Made by a program: the position numbers and the translations under genes. Under the pieces are notes generated by a model that did not search any database, was not told the origin of the DNA, and worked only from the letters and a program-made list of their open reading frames with translations. Below are positions 54,358-63,581 of a DNA stretch of 64,000 nt, in pieces (within the stretch, counting starts at the first letter, position 1; each line of letters opens with the position of its first letter). The DNA comes from a virus (taxonomy: Duplodnaviria; Heunggongvirae; Uroviricota; Caudoviricetes). The stretch lies in the IMG/VR virus record IMGVR_UViG_3300025011_000017; one strand, 5' to 3'.

Positions 54358-54896
54358 TGATAAGTATTAAAAAGGTTTTAATTTATGGTGCAGAATGTAC
54401 AGGGAAATCAACTTTAGCCGAACAATTGGCTAAACATTTTAAGACAGTTTTTATTCCAGATCCTAGAAGGCTATATATTAAAAAAAATGATTATTGTTTT
54501 ATATATAATGATTTAAAAAAAATTGCTCAAATTCATGTAAAAACACAGCAAAAAGCTGAAAAAAAAGCAAATAAAATATATTTTATTGATACTGATGCAA
54601 TTACTTTATCGATTTATAGCGAATCTTATTTTCAAAATATTGATCCTGAATTCGAAAAAATTATCAATAAACAAAATTATGATCTAATACTTTTTACTCA
54701 TTCTAATATACCTTGGGTAGAAGACCATATGAGAGATTATGGAGACGCAAATAAACGTAAAGAACTTCATAAAACATTTAAAGATGAGTTGAAAAAAAGA
54801 GGGTTAAAGTATGTTGACATAAAAAGTAAATTTTGGGATAAAAGATTAGATACTGCTATAAATGCAGTAAATAAACTTTTATTAGAGGGTGATTAA
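54354..54896 (+). CDS. AAA_28/NadR-type kinase-like P-loop protein (possible nicotinamide riboside kinase)
   Basis: IYGAECTGKSTLAEQLAKHF...IYFIDTDAITL parallels NadR RNK domain GGESSGKS...IAFIDTD. Confidence 0.45.
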   Translation: MMISIKKVLIYGAECTGKSTLAEQLAKHFKTVFIPDPRRLYIKKNDYCFIYNDLKKIAQIHVKTQQKAEKKANKIYFIDTDAITLSIYSESYFQNIDPEFEKIINKQNYDLILFTHSNIPWVEDHMRDYGDANKRKELHKTFKDELKKRGLKYVDIKSKFWDKRLDTAINAVNKLLLEGD

Positions 54897-55444
54897 TGAT
54901 ATTGAGATTGGGTGTAATTGGCTCTAGGAGTTTCAATGATTATAAGTTGTTATGTAATACGCTTCAAGAATATAAGCATTATAAACTTGAAATTGTAAGT
55001 GGTGGAGCAAAGGGAGCAGATAGTTTAGCCAAGCGATATGCTGAAGAAAATCTGCTTCCATATAAAGAATTTTTACCAGATTGGGATTCATTTGGAAAAC
55101 AAGCGGGGTTTATTAGAAATGCAGACATTATAGCTAATAGTGATGAAGTGGTGGCCTTTTGGGATAAAAAAAGTAGTGGAACCGCAAATAGTATTCATCT
55201 TGCAGGTAAAAAAGGAATACCAGTTAAAATTATTCATTTTGAAGAAGAAAAGCTTATTAAATCAAATAAAGAATTATTCAATGCATGGAAAAATTTAGCC
55301 GAAACAATAGGCTGGATAGGTGGAATAGTTCAAAATGACTATTTGGCCTCAAAGGAAGATGTTTTAGGATGGATTCAATTAGTTAATAACTCGTTTGCTA
55401 AATTCAAAGAATTAGCTTCAAAAACTAGAGAATATATAAAATAA
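54896..55444 (+). CDS. DUF2493/YspA-type SLOG-family Rossmann protein
   Basis: GVIGSRSF...IVSGGAKGADSLAKRYA matches GsR...GGArGAD signature. Confidence 0.5.
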   Translation: MILRLGVIGSRSFNDYKLLCNTLQEYKHYKLEIVSGGAKGADSLAKRYAEENLLPYKEFLPDWDSFGKQAGFIRNADIIANSDEVVAFWDKKSSGTANSIHLAGKKGIPVKIIHFEEEKLIKSNKELFNAWKNLAETIGWIGGIVQNDYLASKEDVLGWIQLVNNSFAKFKELASKTREYIK

Positions 55445-55454
55445 GGAGAAATAA

Positions 55455-55718
55455 ATGGAATTAAACGAAGATATTGTTATGGTAATGATTATTACCTCTC
55501 AACTTATAGATACTGGAAAAACTCACGGACAAATAAAATCTCTTTTTGATGGTAAATTTCAACAATTTATTAAACTTACAGATGAGATGGATAAAGATCC
55601 TCTAATGGCTGAAAAAGTTGATTTAATGCTTATAAAAATGTTTTCTGATTCTTTAAGTAGAATTGAATTTGAAGAAAATAATATTGTTATAAAGGAGGAT
55701 AAAAATGAAGATCAGTAA
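55455..55718 (+). CDS. hypothetical protein
   Basis: RBS ATAAGGAG; 87 aa. Confidence 0.4.
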   Translation: MELNEDIVMVMIITSQLIDTGKTHGQIKSLFDGKFQQFIKLTDEMDKDPLMAEKVDLMLIKMFSDSLSRIEFEENNIVIKEDKNEDQ

Positions 55719-55941
55719 AGACATGATAACTTTAATAGCTCTTTTGACTCTGGCAGATGATATGGGGTTTGATGATAATAAAGCAAATGAAATTATAGGA
55801 AAAGATAGAATAGATAAAATTGATAATTTGTTTTCTAAAATATTTAATGATTCAAATAGTGAATATGATGAATATATATTAAATTTATCATTTAATATGA
55901 TTAAAGATATTATTGATAAGATTGATACTGATAATAAATAA
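55705..55941 (+). CDS. hypothetical protein
   Basis: RBS AAGGAGG; 78 aa. Confidence 0.4.
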   Translation: MKISKDMITLIALLTLADDMGFDDNKANEIIGKDRIDKIDNLFSKIFNDSNSEYDEYILNLSFNMIKDIIDKIDTDNK

Positions 55942-55954
55942 GGAGAATAATAAA

Positions 55955-56854
55955 ATGGAACAAAAGAAATATACTGATGTTATACGTCTTGGTCACAAAA
56001 CAACAGTAGGAGTATTAACAAAAGGCGACAATATAATAATTCAAGAGAAGATTGACGGTTCGAATGCAGGATTCAGAAGAGTTGGCGATAAACTTATCGC
56101 TTACTCTCGTAACAATGAATTACACGAAGGATTGACTCTTAATGGGTTTTATCAATTTGTTCAATCTCTAAATCCACAAATTTTTGTAGAAGGTTATATT
56201 TATTTTGGAGAATGGCTTCGTGCAAAACACAAAATAGATTATTCAAAACGAACAGCAGATTTTTATATGTTTGATTTATACGATGTGGATAATGAATGTT
56301 ATTGTGATTATACAGATGCTAAATTTGTGGCTGAATTAATTGGATTAACCTTTGTACCCATTTTTTATGAAGGAGAATACATTGATTTTGAACATCTTAT
56401 GTCTTTTGTAGGTAAATCAGATATTGCAGAACATGGTGAAGGAATTGTAGTTAAAAATACAAATTATCGTAATCAATATGGTAATCAAATTTATGTTAAA
56501 TTAGTTACAGAAGAATTTGCAGAAACACAGAAACAAAAACTTCCAAAAGATCCTACTGGATATGGTTTAAATAAATTTGTGGCAGAATTTCTAACTCCTG
56601 CAAGAGTAGAAAAATTTATGTACAAATTAGTAGATGAACAATTTATTCCTGAAGATTATGGAATTGAACTTATGGGAACTATCCTAAAAGAACTTGGATC
56701 AAGAATATATGATGATCTTCTTAAAGAAGAGTCTGATAATCTTTCAGAAGAAGATTCTGATGAAAAAGATATTAAAAAGTCTATTGGAAAAGTTTTACCT
56801 TTACTTGTTAAATCAATTGTGTTAGAAAATCAAAAGAATTATCAACAAGTATAA
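55955..56854 (+). CDS. Rnl2-like RNA ligase family nucleotidyltransferase
   Basis: Motif I EKIDGSNAGF, III YIYFGEWL, IV HGEGIVVKN, V YVKLV; ATG 55955 after ATAAGGAG (track 55913). Confidence 0.55.
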   Translation: MEQKKYTDVIRLGHKTTVGVLTKGDNIIIQEKIDGSNAGFRRVGDKLIAYSRNNELHEGLTLNGFYQFVQSLNPQIFVEGYIYFGEWLRAKHKIDYSKRTADFYMFDLYDVDNECYCDYTDAKFVAELIGLTFVPIFYEGEYIDFEHLMSFVGKSDIAEHGEGIVVKNTNYRNQYGNQIYVKLVTEEFAETQKQKLPKDPTGYGLNKFVAEFLTPARVEKFMYKLVDEQFIPEDYGIELMGTILKELGSRIYDDLLKEESDNLSEEDSDEKDIKKSIGKVLPLLVKSIVLENQKNYQQV

Positions 56855-56890
56855 AGTATTGTATAATACTAAATTAAAGGAGGTTAATGA

Positions 56891-57514
56891 ATGGAAGTAG
56901 TTAAAAAAGTTAATCATGCGTGTTTTGGTGGAGTTTGTGATTGTGATGATTATGGTGAAATGATGAAAGTTCCACCAATAGAAAATGTAGAATATTTATC
57001 AGAGTTAAAGCAACGTAAATTATTTATTAATGATGATATAGATGATTATATCGCAATGGAAATCAGTAGACGAATTATCAAATGGAACGAAGAGGATAGT
57101 GATAAATATGTAAGAAAAGAAATTACAATTTATATTAATACTAACGGTGGATGTTTATATAATTGCATGGGGTTAATTTCAGTTATGCTATCTTCAACAA
57201 CTCCTATTCATACAATTATATTAGCAAAAGCATTTTCAGCAGGATCATTAATCTTCCTTGCAGGTCATAAACGCTCAATGTATCGCTATACAACATTGTT
57301 AATTCATGAAGGTAGCACTTTTGCTTGGGGAGCAATGTCTAAAGTTAAAGAGCAAATTGAGTTTTTCGAAAGAGTTACTAAAAATCAAGTTAAAGACTTC
57401 GTATGTTCTAGAACAAATATTTTACCTAAATTATATGATAAAAATTACAAAACTGAACTGTATCATTCAGCAGATGAATGTTTATCTTTTGGTATAACTC
57501 ACGAAATTATTTAA
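56891..57514 (+). CDS. ClpP-family serine protease
   Basis: INTNGGCLYNCMGLIS, catalytic AFSAGSLIFLAG, LIHEGS. Confidence 0.65.
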   Translation: MEVVKKVNHACFGGVCDCDDYGEMMKVPPIENVEYLSELKQRKLFINDDIDDYIAMEISRRIIKWNEEDSDKYVRKEITIYINTNGGCLYNCMGLISVMLSSTTPIHTIILAKAFSAGSLIFLAGHKRSMYRYTTLLIHEGSTFAWGAMSKVKEQIEFFERVTKNQVKDFVCSRTNILPKLYDKNYKTELYHSADECLSFGITHEII

Positions 57515-57521
57515 TTACTAA

Positions 57522-57560
57522 AACTGAACGTAGATTAAATCCTACGTTCAGTTATTTAAA
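57522..57560 (+). terminator. rho-independent terminator after clpP-like gene
   Basis: 12-bp stem AACTGAACGTAG / CTACGTTCAGTT, 8-nt loop, ATTT tail. Confidence 0.6.
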
Positions 57561-57572
57561 CTTAAAGGAGAA

Positions 57573-58298
57573 ATGTATTTGGAAATTAAAGTTACTTTGT
57601 TAAATAAACAGGAATTGATAGATAATAACGCATTTTCACAAATTGGGGATTTTGCAAGAATTGGAACTGGAAGTATGAATGATTCTGAGGTAATTGGAAA
57701 ACATTGTGTTGAAAGTTCACATGGATCGCCGCAGAGAGTACCTAGATTTATCTTTCAGATAGAAGGTGTGAGTAGAACGGAAACCCATCAACACGTTCGT
57801 CATAATGTAGGAATCGCTCATAATCAACGAAGTCAAAGGTATTGCATAGAAGATGGGTTCGATTATTATAAACCAAAGGAGTTTAATGGTAAAAAATATT
57901 TAATTCTTTTAGAGCAAAAGGATGAAGATACTATGTTGGAATTATCTTATGATGATATGATGCAATTAATTAGGAAATTTTATATAAAATCAATAGAAGA
58001 TAATATTTCTCCAGATGAAGCGAGAGAAATATTAGCAAATGCAGTTGGATCTAAAATTAATTCTTATTTTACTTATCAAGCTTTAATTCATTTTTGTAAT
58101 GAACGTTTGTGTTCAAGAGCTAGTAGACAGATTAGAGAAGTTGCTAGACAAATGGTAGAAGAAGTTAAATCAGTTGATCCTAAAGCATCTGAGTATCTTG
58201 TACCTAAGTGCCATTTTAATGCTTTAGGATACTGTCCAGAAGATAAAAGGAAATCCTGTGGACTTAGATCGCTAAAGGCCGATGTGATACTTGAATGA
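57573..58298 (+). CDS. thyX: flavin-dependent thymidylate synthase
   Basis: ThyX signature RHNVGIAHNQRSQRY (RHRxxSxxxxSxRY). Confidence 0.8.
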   Translation: MYLEIKVTLLNKQELIDNNAFSQIGDFARIGTGSMNDSEVIGKHCVESSHGSPQRVPRFIFQIEGVSRTETHQHVRHNVGIAHNQRSQRYCIEDGFDYYKPKEFNGKKYLILLEQKDEDTMLELSYDDMMQLIRKFYIKSIEDNISPDEAREILANAVGSKINSYFTYQALIHFCNERLCSRASRQIREVARQMVEEVKSVDPKASEYLVPKCHFNALGYCPEDKRKSCGLRSLKADVILE

Positions 58299-58984
58299 AA
58301 ATGAAAGATATAACTGGAGAAACATATGGTAAATGGAAAGTTTTATATGAAGATATTCCAAGAAAAAATGGAACTTACTGGATGTGTCAATGTTCATGTT
58401 ACAAAAAAACAATTAGATCTGTATGCGGCAGTAGTTTAATATCAGGACGTAGTAACAGTTGTGGCTGTTTTAGGAAGCATAATATATTTATTGAAATAGG
58501 AGACTTTTACTATGTAATTTCGAGTAATAATATAGGATTTTTGATAGATAAAGATGATTATGATAAAGCTTTAAGGTATAATTGGTATGTAGGTGATCGC
58601 GGATATGTTGTGTCAACTGTAAAAAAAAGTAAAGGTAAGGGTAAGTGGAAATTGCATAGGATATTAATGGATTGTCTAGAAGATGATGTGACAGATAAAG
58701 TGGTAGATCATATTAATGGTAATAAATTAAATAATACAAAATATAATTTAAGATTATGTACTCAGGTACAAAATAATCGTAATATGCGATTATCTAAAAA
58801 TAATACAAGTGGAGTTTCTGGAGTTTATCTACTACAGTCTGGAAAATGGTCAGCCCGTATATCGTATAATGGGAAGAAATTTAGTCTAGGATCATTTTCT
58901 ACATTTGAAGAAGCTGTAATAGTTCGCAAAGAAGCTGAAAATAAATATTTTGGAGAATTTAGATATGTAGGAAGTGATAGATAA
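58295..58984 (+). CDS. HNH/AP2-domain homing endonuclease
   Basis: N-terminal Zn module CQCSC...SCGCF, HNH region VDHINGNKLNN, AP2 KWSARISYNGKKFSLGSFSTFEEA; ATGA overlap with thyX. Confidence 0.65.
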   Translation: MKMKDITGETYGKWKVLYEDIPRKNGTYWMCQCSCYKKTIRSVCGSSLISGRSNSCGCFRKHNIFIEIGDFYYVISSNNIGFLIDKDDYDKALRYNWYVGDRGYVVSTVKKSKGKGKWKLHRILMDCLEDDVTDKVVDHINGNKLNNTKYNLRLCTQVQNNRNMRLSKNNTSGVSGVYLLQSGKWSARISYNGKKFSLGSFSTFEEAVIVRKEAENKYFGEFRYVGSDR

Positions 58985-59536
58985 ATGATAAAATTAAACA
59001 CTTTTTGGGATATGGATAATACAATCACACGTTTTAATGAAAAGTTAGATGAATTATATCCTAAAGTATATGGTACTCCTAGACCAGATGACCCTACCGT
59101 ATATAAAGTATGTGATAACTCTCGCTCAATATTTAAAACTGAAGGGTTTTTCGAGTCACTTATTCCGTTTTATAATGCTCTAGCTATTATGGAATATTTA
59201 CATGATACAGGTCATGTTGTGCATATTATTACTAGTCCAATGGGAATGGGTTCTGTAGCTAAAGAAAAATACGATTGGTTAAGTAGATATCTTCCTTGGT
59301 TAGATAGAGATAATATTTTTATGACAGGACGCAAAGATTTAGTTGGAGATACAAATTCTATATTAATTGATGACGCGCCTAAATTTTTATCAACTTGGAA
59401 AGGAATCACTATTGGAATTGACGCTCCTTATAATCAAGATACCGTTACTGACTATCGTATTTATGACAATAATTACAATTTTCTTTATGGTATATTTCAA
59501 AGTTTAGCTTATGGAGACTTGACAAGTGTAAAATAA
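58985..59536 (+). CDS. HAD-family 5'(3')-deoxyribonucleotidase-like
   Basis: N-terminal DMDNTI (DxDxT); TAAATG coupling. Confidence 0.5.
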   Translation: MIKLNTFWDMDNTITRFNEKLDELYPKVYGTPRPDDPTVYKVCDNSRSIFKTEGFFESLIPFYNALAIMEYLHDTGHVVHIITSPMGMGSVAKEKYDWLSRYLPWLDRDNIFMTGRKDLVGDTNSILIDDAPKFLSTWKGITIGIDAPYNQDTVTDYRIYDNNYNFLYGIFQSLAYGDLTSVK

Positions 59537-59547
59537 TGTGTTATAAT
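59519..59547 (+). promoter_or_regulatory. promoter overlapping nucleotidase 3' end, upstream of HNH gene
   Basis: TTGACA 59519-59524; TGtTATAAT 59539-59547. Confidence 0.5.
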
Positions 59548-59601
59548 TAGGTGTAGGGAAAATCTCTACATCTAATAATAATTGTATAAGTATATAATAA
59601 T

Positions 59602-60309
59602 GTGTGGAAGGGGTTTAAATTGGGAAAATTTATTGATTTAACAGGTAAAATTTTTGGTAAACTATTAGTCTTGGAAAGAGCAGGTTCAAATAAGTCAAAA
59701 GGAGCCTTATGGAAATGTAGATGTTCTTGTTTAGATAATACTATTGTTACTGTAAGTTCTAACTCATTGATTAGTGGAAATACTACGTCCTGTGGGTGCT
59801 TTAAGAAAAAGAGGGTATCCGAAACTCATAGGAAATATAACACATATATACTGACTGGAATATATGGAGTAGGACGTACAGTTGAGGGTGAAGAGTTTTA
59901 CTTTGATTTAGAAGATTATGATAGAATAAATAAATATTATTGGAGCATTAATCGTAATGGATACGTATATAATGAATTAAATAAAATATTTTTGCATAAA
60001 TATGTTGTTAATAGTCCTAAAAATATGCAAGTTGATCATATCAATCATAATATTAAAGACTGTAGAAAAGAATTTTTGAGGATTTGTAGTAATCAACAAA
60101 ATAATTTTAATAAAGATAAATATAAAAACAATACCAGTGGTTTTAAAGGAGCGTATTTCGATAAGAGATGTGGAAAATGGTTTGCTTCAATTAAAATAAA
60201 CTATAAGAACAAATTTTTAGGGTATTCTAATACTCCTGAAGAAGCAAACGAATTACGCAAAAAAGCTGATATAAAATATTTCGGAGAATTCAGGTACGTA
60301 GAAGTATGA
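59602..60309 (+). CDS. HNH/AP2-domain homing endonuclease
   Basis: CRCSC...SCGCF, VDHINHN, AP2 KWFASIKINYKNKFLGYSNTPEEA; probable start TTG 59620 (GGAAGGGG RBS). Confidence 0.65.
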   Translation: MWKGFKLGKFIDLTGKIFGKLLVLERAGSNKSKGALWKCRCSCLDNTIVTVSSNSLISGNTTSCGCFKKKRVSETHRKYNTYILTGIYGVGRTVEGEEFYFDLEDYDRINKYYWSINRNGYVYNELNKIFLHKYVVNSPKNMQVDHINHNIKDCRKEFLRICSNQQNNFNKDKYKNNTSGFKGAYFDKRCGKWFASIKINYKNKFLGYSNTPEEANELRKKADIKYFGEFRYVEV

Positions 60310-63300
60310 ATAATAACTATGTTGCATATCACCTTCACTCATGCGATGGATCTTTATTAGATAGTGCCACCAAATTTGGTGCTTATGTAGATAAAGCAAA
60401 AGAATTAAAGATGAGATCTATGGCATATTCGGAGCATGGTAATATTTTCCATTGGATTGCTAAGAAACAATTGCTTGAGAAAAATAATATTAAATATATT
60501 CACGCTCAGGAGTTTTATGTTACTGAAACACTTAATGAAAAAATTAGAGATAATTATCATGTGATATTAATAGCTAAAAATTTAGATGGTGTAAAATATT
60601 TGAATAAATTGTCATCTATAGCATTTACCAGATCAGATAATCATTTCTATTATAAACCACGAATATCATTCGAGGAGCTTATCAATACAAGCAAGGATAT
60701 CATAGTTTGTACAGCGTGTCTTGGTGGAATACTATGGAAAGGAATTCAAAAAAAATCTCCTATAGTAGAACCGTTTATAGAGTTCTTGACTAAAAATAAA
60801 CATAGATGTTTTCTTGAGATTCAGTCGCATTCTTGCCCTGAGCAACACGATTATAATTTATATTTATACGAGTTAAGCAAACTTCATTCCATCCCTTTGA
60901 TCGCAGGAGGAGATTTTCATAGCGTTGACGAAGAACATGCACAAGCTAGAAAACTACTTATGATAGCTAAAAATATTACTTTTAAGAAGAAAAAAGGTCA
61001 AAAAGAAGATATAATTATAGAAGAAGGGTCAGAGGATAACAACGAACCTGAGAATGAAGATATGATAGAATTAGACTTCGATCTTACTTTTAAGAGTTAT
61101 GATGAATTTGTTGAATCATTCAAAGTTCAAAACTGTCTACCTGAAGATGTTTATCTTCAAGCAATAGAGAATACAAACATTATGTCTAATATGGTAGAAG
61201 AATTTAAATTAGATTATTCCCATAAATATCCCAAAATGTATGATACTCAAGAAGAATCTGAACAAAAATTCAAAGAATTAATAGAAAAAGGTATGAAATG
61301 GAGAGGCTTTCACAAATTTCCTAAAGAATTAAGAAAAATATATTACAAAAGAATAAATACTGAATTTAAAGCTTTTAAGAAAACTGGAACAATAGAATAT
61401 ATGTTATTTCAAGAAGATATTACTACTTGGGCTAGGAATAATGATATTTTAATTGGTTACGGCAGGGGTTCGGTTACAGGAAGTTTGATAGCATATACAT
61501 TAGGTATCACAGAAATGGATAGTGTAAAACATAAATTAATCTTCACACGTTTCATTAATCCTGATAGAGTTTCACTTGCAGATATAGATATTGATTTTCC
61601 TCCTTCAAGAAGAGATGAAGTTATTGCTTATATTGCAAGTAGACATAATATTAATTTCTCTGAAATAATTACATTTAACACTGTTCAAATGAAAGGTTCT
61701 ATTAGAGAAGTTGGCAGAGCATTAAAAATAGATTTCATAATAATAGATGAAATATCTAAAAATATAGAAACAAGAGAAGAGGAATTTAGAGAAAAATATC
61801 CTGAACTATTCAAATATGTAGATCTACTTATAGGTGTAAATGTTAGTGTTGGCTCTCATCCTAGCGGATTTTTGACATCACCTATTACTCTAGAAGATAA
61901 TATAGGTACATTTTATACTAGCGAAAGTAAATATCCTGTTTCACAATGTAATATGAAAGAAGTAGACTCTTTAAATTACGTTAAACTTGACTGTCTTGGA
62001 CTTGACAATATTGAAATTATCAATGAAACTTGTCGTTCAGTGGGAATACCTAGACTTACTCCTGATAATATGGATATTGAAGACGATGCAGTTTGGGATA
62101 ATATGAAAGAAAGTGGACTTGGTATATTCCAATTCGGCGAAAAATACGCACACGACATTTTAACAAAAGTATTAAATGCAATTAATATTATCAGACAAAA
62201 AAATCCTAAAGTGAGCAGAATTGATTTAATGTCTATGACAAATGGTGCTATACGTCCTTCTGGAGCATCTTATCGAGATATGTTATGTGAAGGTAAATTT
62301 AAAGATAACGGACATCCTGAACTAAATAATTTCTTGATGGATACCCAAGGTTTTCTAATTTATCAAGAGCAAATCATGAAATTTCTTACAGACTTTTGTA
62401 ATCATACTGAAGCTGAGTCAGATACAGTTAGGCGAGGATTTGCCAAAAAGACGGGGACAGAACAATTTTTACCAAAAATACAAGAAGGTTTTATTAATAC
62501 ATTTTTAGAAAAATATAAGGTTCCAATAAATGAAGCTACAGAAATGTTACAATCTTTCTTAAAGGTTATTGAAGACGCTTCAGATTATGGTTTTAGCTTA
62601 AATCATAGTCAACCTTACAGTTATATTGGATATGCTTGTGCTTATCTTAGACATTATTATCCAAAAGAATATCTTACAGTAATGTTAAATGTAAATGTAG
62701 GAAAAATGGATAAAACTAGTGATATTATGAAATACGCAAATACAAAGCATATAGATATTTTTCCAATCAAATTTCGTAAATCTAAAGAGATATATTCTTG
62801 TAATAATGAAGGCATCTATAAGGGTATAGCTAGTATTAAATATCTTAATAATCAAATAGCTAGAGATTTATTTGAATTTGGAAAAAATCAATATGAAGAC
62901 TTTGTAGATTTATTGATTCGTATCAAAGAAGAAATTAAATGCGATACCAGACAAACTAGTATATTAATAAAATTAGGATTTTTTAATGAATTTGGAGGAA
63001 GTGCAACATTATTAAAAATATATGAATATTTTACTAAAAAATATAAAAAAACTCATATAGATAAAACAAAAATAAAACGAATTGCAGAAATAAAAGAATA
63101 TGCTTTAACTTTAGAAAATTTAGAGTTCTCTGTTCGCGAAAGAGTAGAGTTCGAAATGGAATTTCTTGGATATGTACAAACAAAATTAAAAGATATTCAA
63201 GATAACTATTATGTTGTAACTAATTTAAACTTAAAATACACTCCAATTCTAAAAACTTATTGTTTCACCACAGGACAAGAAGATACCTTTAAAATTTATA

Positions 63301-63506
63301 AAAATAATTTTAGAGAAGATCCAGTAAATATAGGAAGTATTATAAAAGTTTATAATACTCAAGTGAAAGAAAGGGTTAAACCAGACGGTCAAGGTGGATG
63401 GGTTGGAATAGGAGAACCTGAAACTATTATTACAAGTTATAGCGTAATTCAAGTTGAAGAAGATAAATTAATAGATAAAGTAGAAGAAATCCTTGCAATA
63501 ACGTAA
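60306..63506 (+). CDS. dnaE: DNA polymerase III alpha subunit (DnaE-type, N-terminal PHP domain)
   Basis: PHP motif YVAYHLHSCDGSLLD, 1066 aa, core GYGRGSVTGSLIAYTLGIT. Confidence 0.8.
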   Translation: MNNNYVAYHLHSCDGSLLDSATKFGAYVDKAKELKMRSMAYSEHGNIFHWIAKKQLLEKNNIKYIHAQEFYVTETLNEKIRDNYHVILIAKNLDGVKYLNKLSSIAFTRSDNHFYYKPRISFEELINTSKDIIVCTACLGGILWKGIQKKSPIVEPFIEFLTKNKHRCFLEIQSHSCPEQHDYNLYLYELSKLHSIPLIAGGDFHSVDEEHAQARKLLMIAKNITFKKKKGQKEDIIIEEGSEDNNEPENEDMIELDFDLTFKSYDEFVESFKVQNCLPEDVYLQAIENTNIMSNMVEEFKLDYSHKYPKMYDTQEESEQKFKELIEKGMKWRGFHKFPKELRKIYYKRINTEFKAFKKTGTIEYMLFQEDITTWARNNDILIGYGRGSVTGSLIAYTLGITEMDSVKHKLIFTRFINPDRVSLADIDIDFPPSRRDEVIAYIASRHNINFSEIITFNTVQMKGSIREVGRALKIDFIIIDEISKNIETREEEFREKYPELFKYVDLLIGVNVSVGSHPSGFLTSPITLEDNIGTFYTSESKYPVSQCNMKEVDSLNYVKLDCLGLDNIEIINETCRSVGIPRLTPDNMDIEDDAVWDNMKESGLGIFQFGEKYAHDILTKVLNAINIIRQKNPKVSRIDLMSMTNGAIRPSGASYRDMLCEGKFKDNGHPELNNFLMDTQGFLIYQEQIMKFLTDFCNHTEAESDTVRRGFAKKTGTEQFLPKIQEGFINTFLEKYKVPINEATEMLQSFLKVIEDASDYGFSLNHSQPYSYIGYACAYLRHYYPKEYLTVMLNVNVGKMDKTSDIMKYANTKHIDIFPIKFRKSKEIYSCNNEGIYKGIASIKYLNNQIARDLFEFGKNQYEDFVDLLIRIKEEIKCDTRQTSILIKLGFFNEFGGSATLLKIYEYFTKKYKKTHIDKTKIKRIAEIKEYALTLENLEFSVRERVEFEMEFLGYVQTKLKDIQDNYYVVTNLNLKYTPILKTYCFTTGQEDTFKIYKNNFREDPVNIGSIIKVYNTQVKERVKPDGQGGWVGIGEPETIITSYSVIQVEEDKLIDKVEEILAIT

Positions 63507-63524
63507 AAAACATGTTATAATTAA

Positions 63525-63552
63525 GTAGTGGATGATTATTCTTCCACTACTA
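63525..63552 (+). terminator. putative terminator hairpin after dnaE
   Basis: GTAGTGGA / TCCACTAC stem. Confidence 0.35.
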
Positions 63553-63581
63553 ATATAAAATAATGAAAGGAATTGATTAAA

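Noticed and set aside
213-63452. All minus-strand ORFs in the six-frame track (for example 213-458, 6258-6524, 9133-9468, 41693-42088, 50288-50755)
   Set aside because: Each is fully embedded antisense within a well-supported + strand gene, lacks RBS, and has low-complexity composition typical of AT-rich antisense frames. Only the untracked 12332-12427 minus ORF has independent support.
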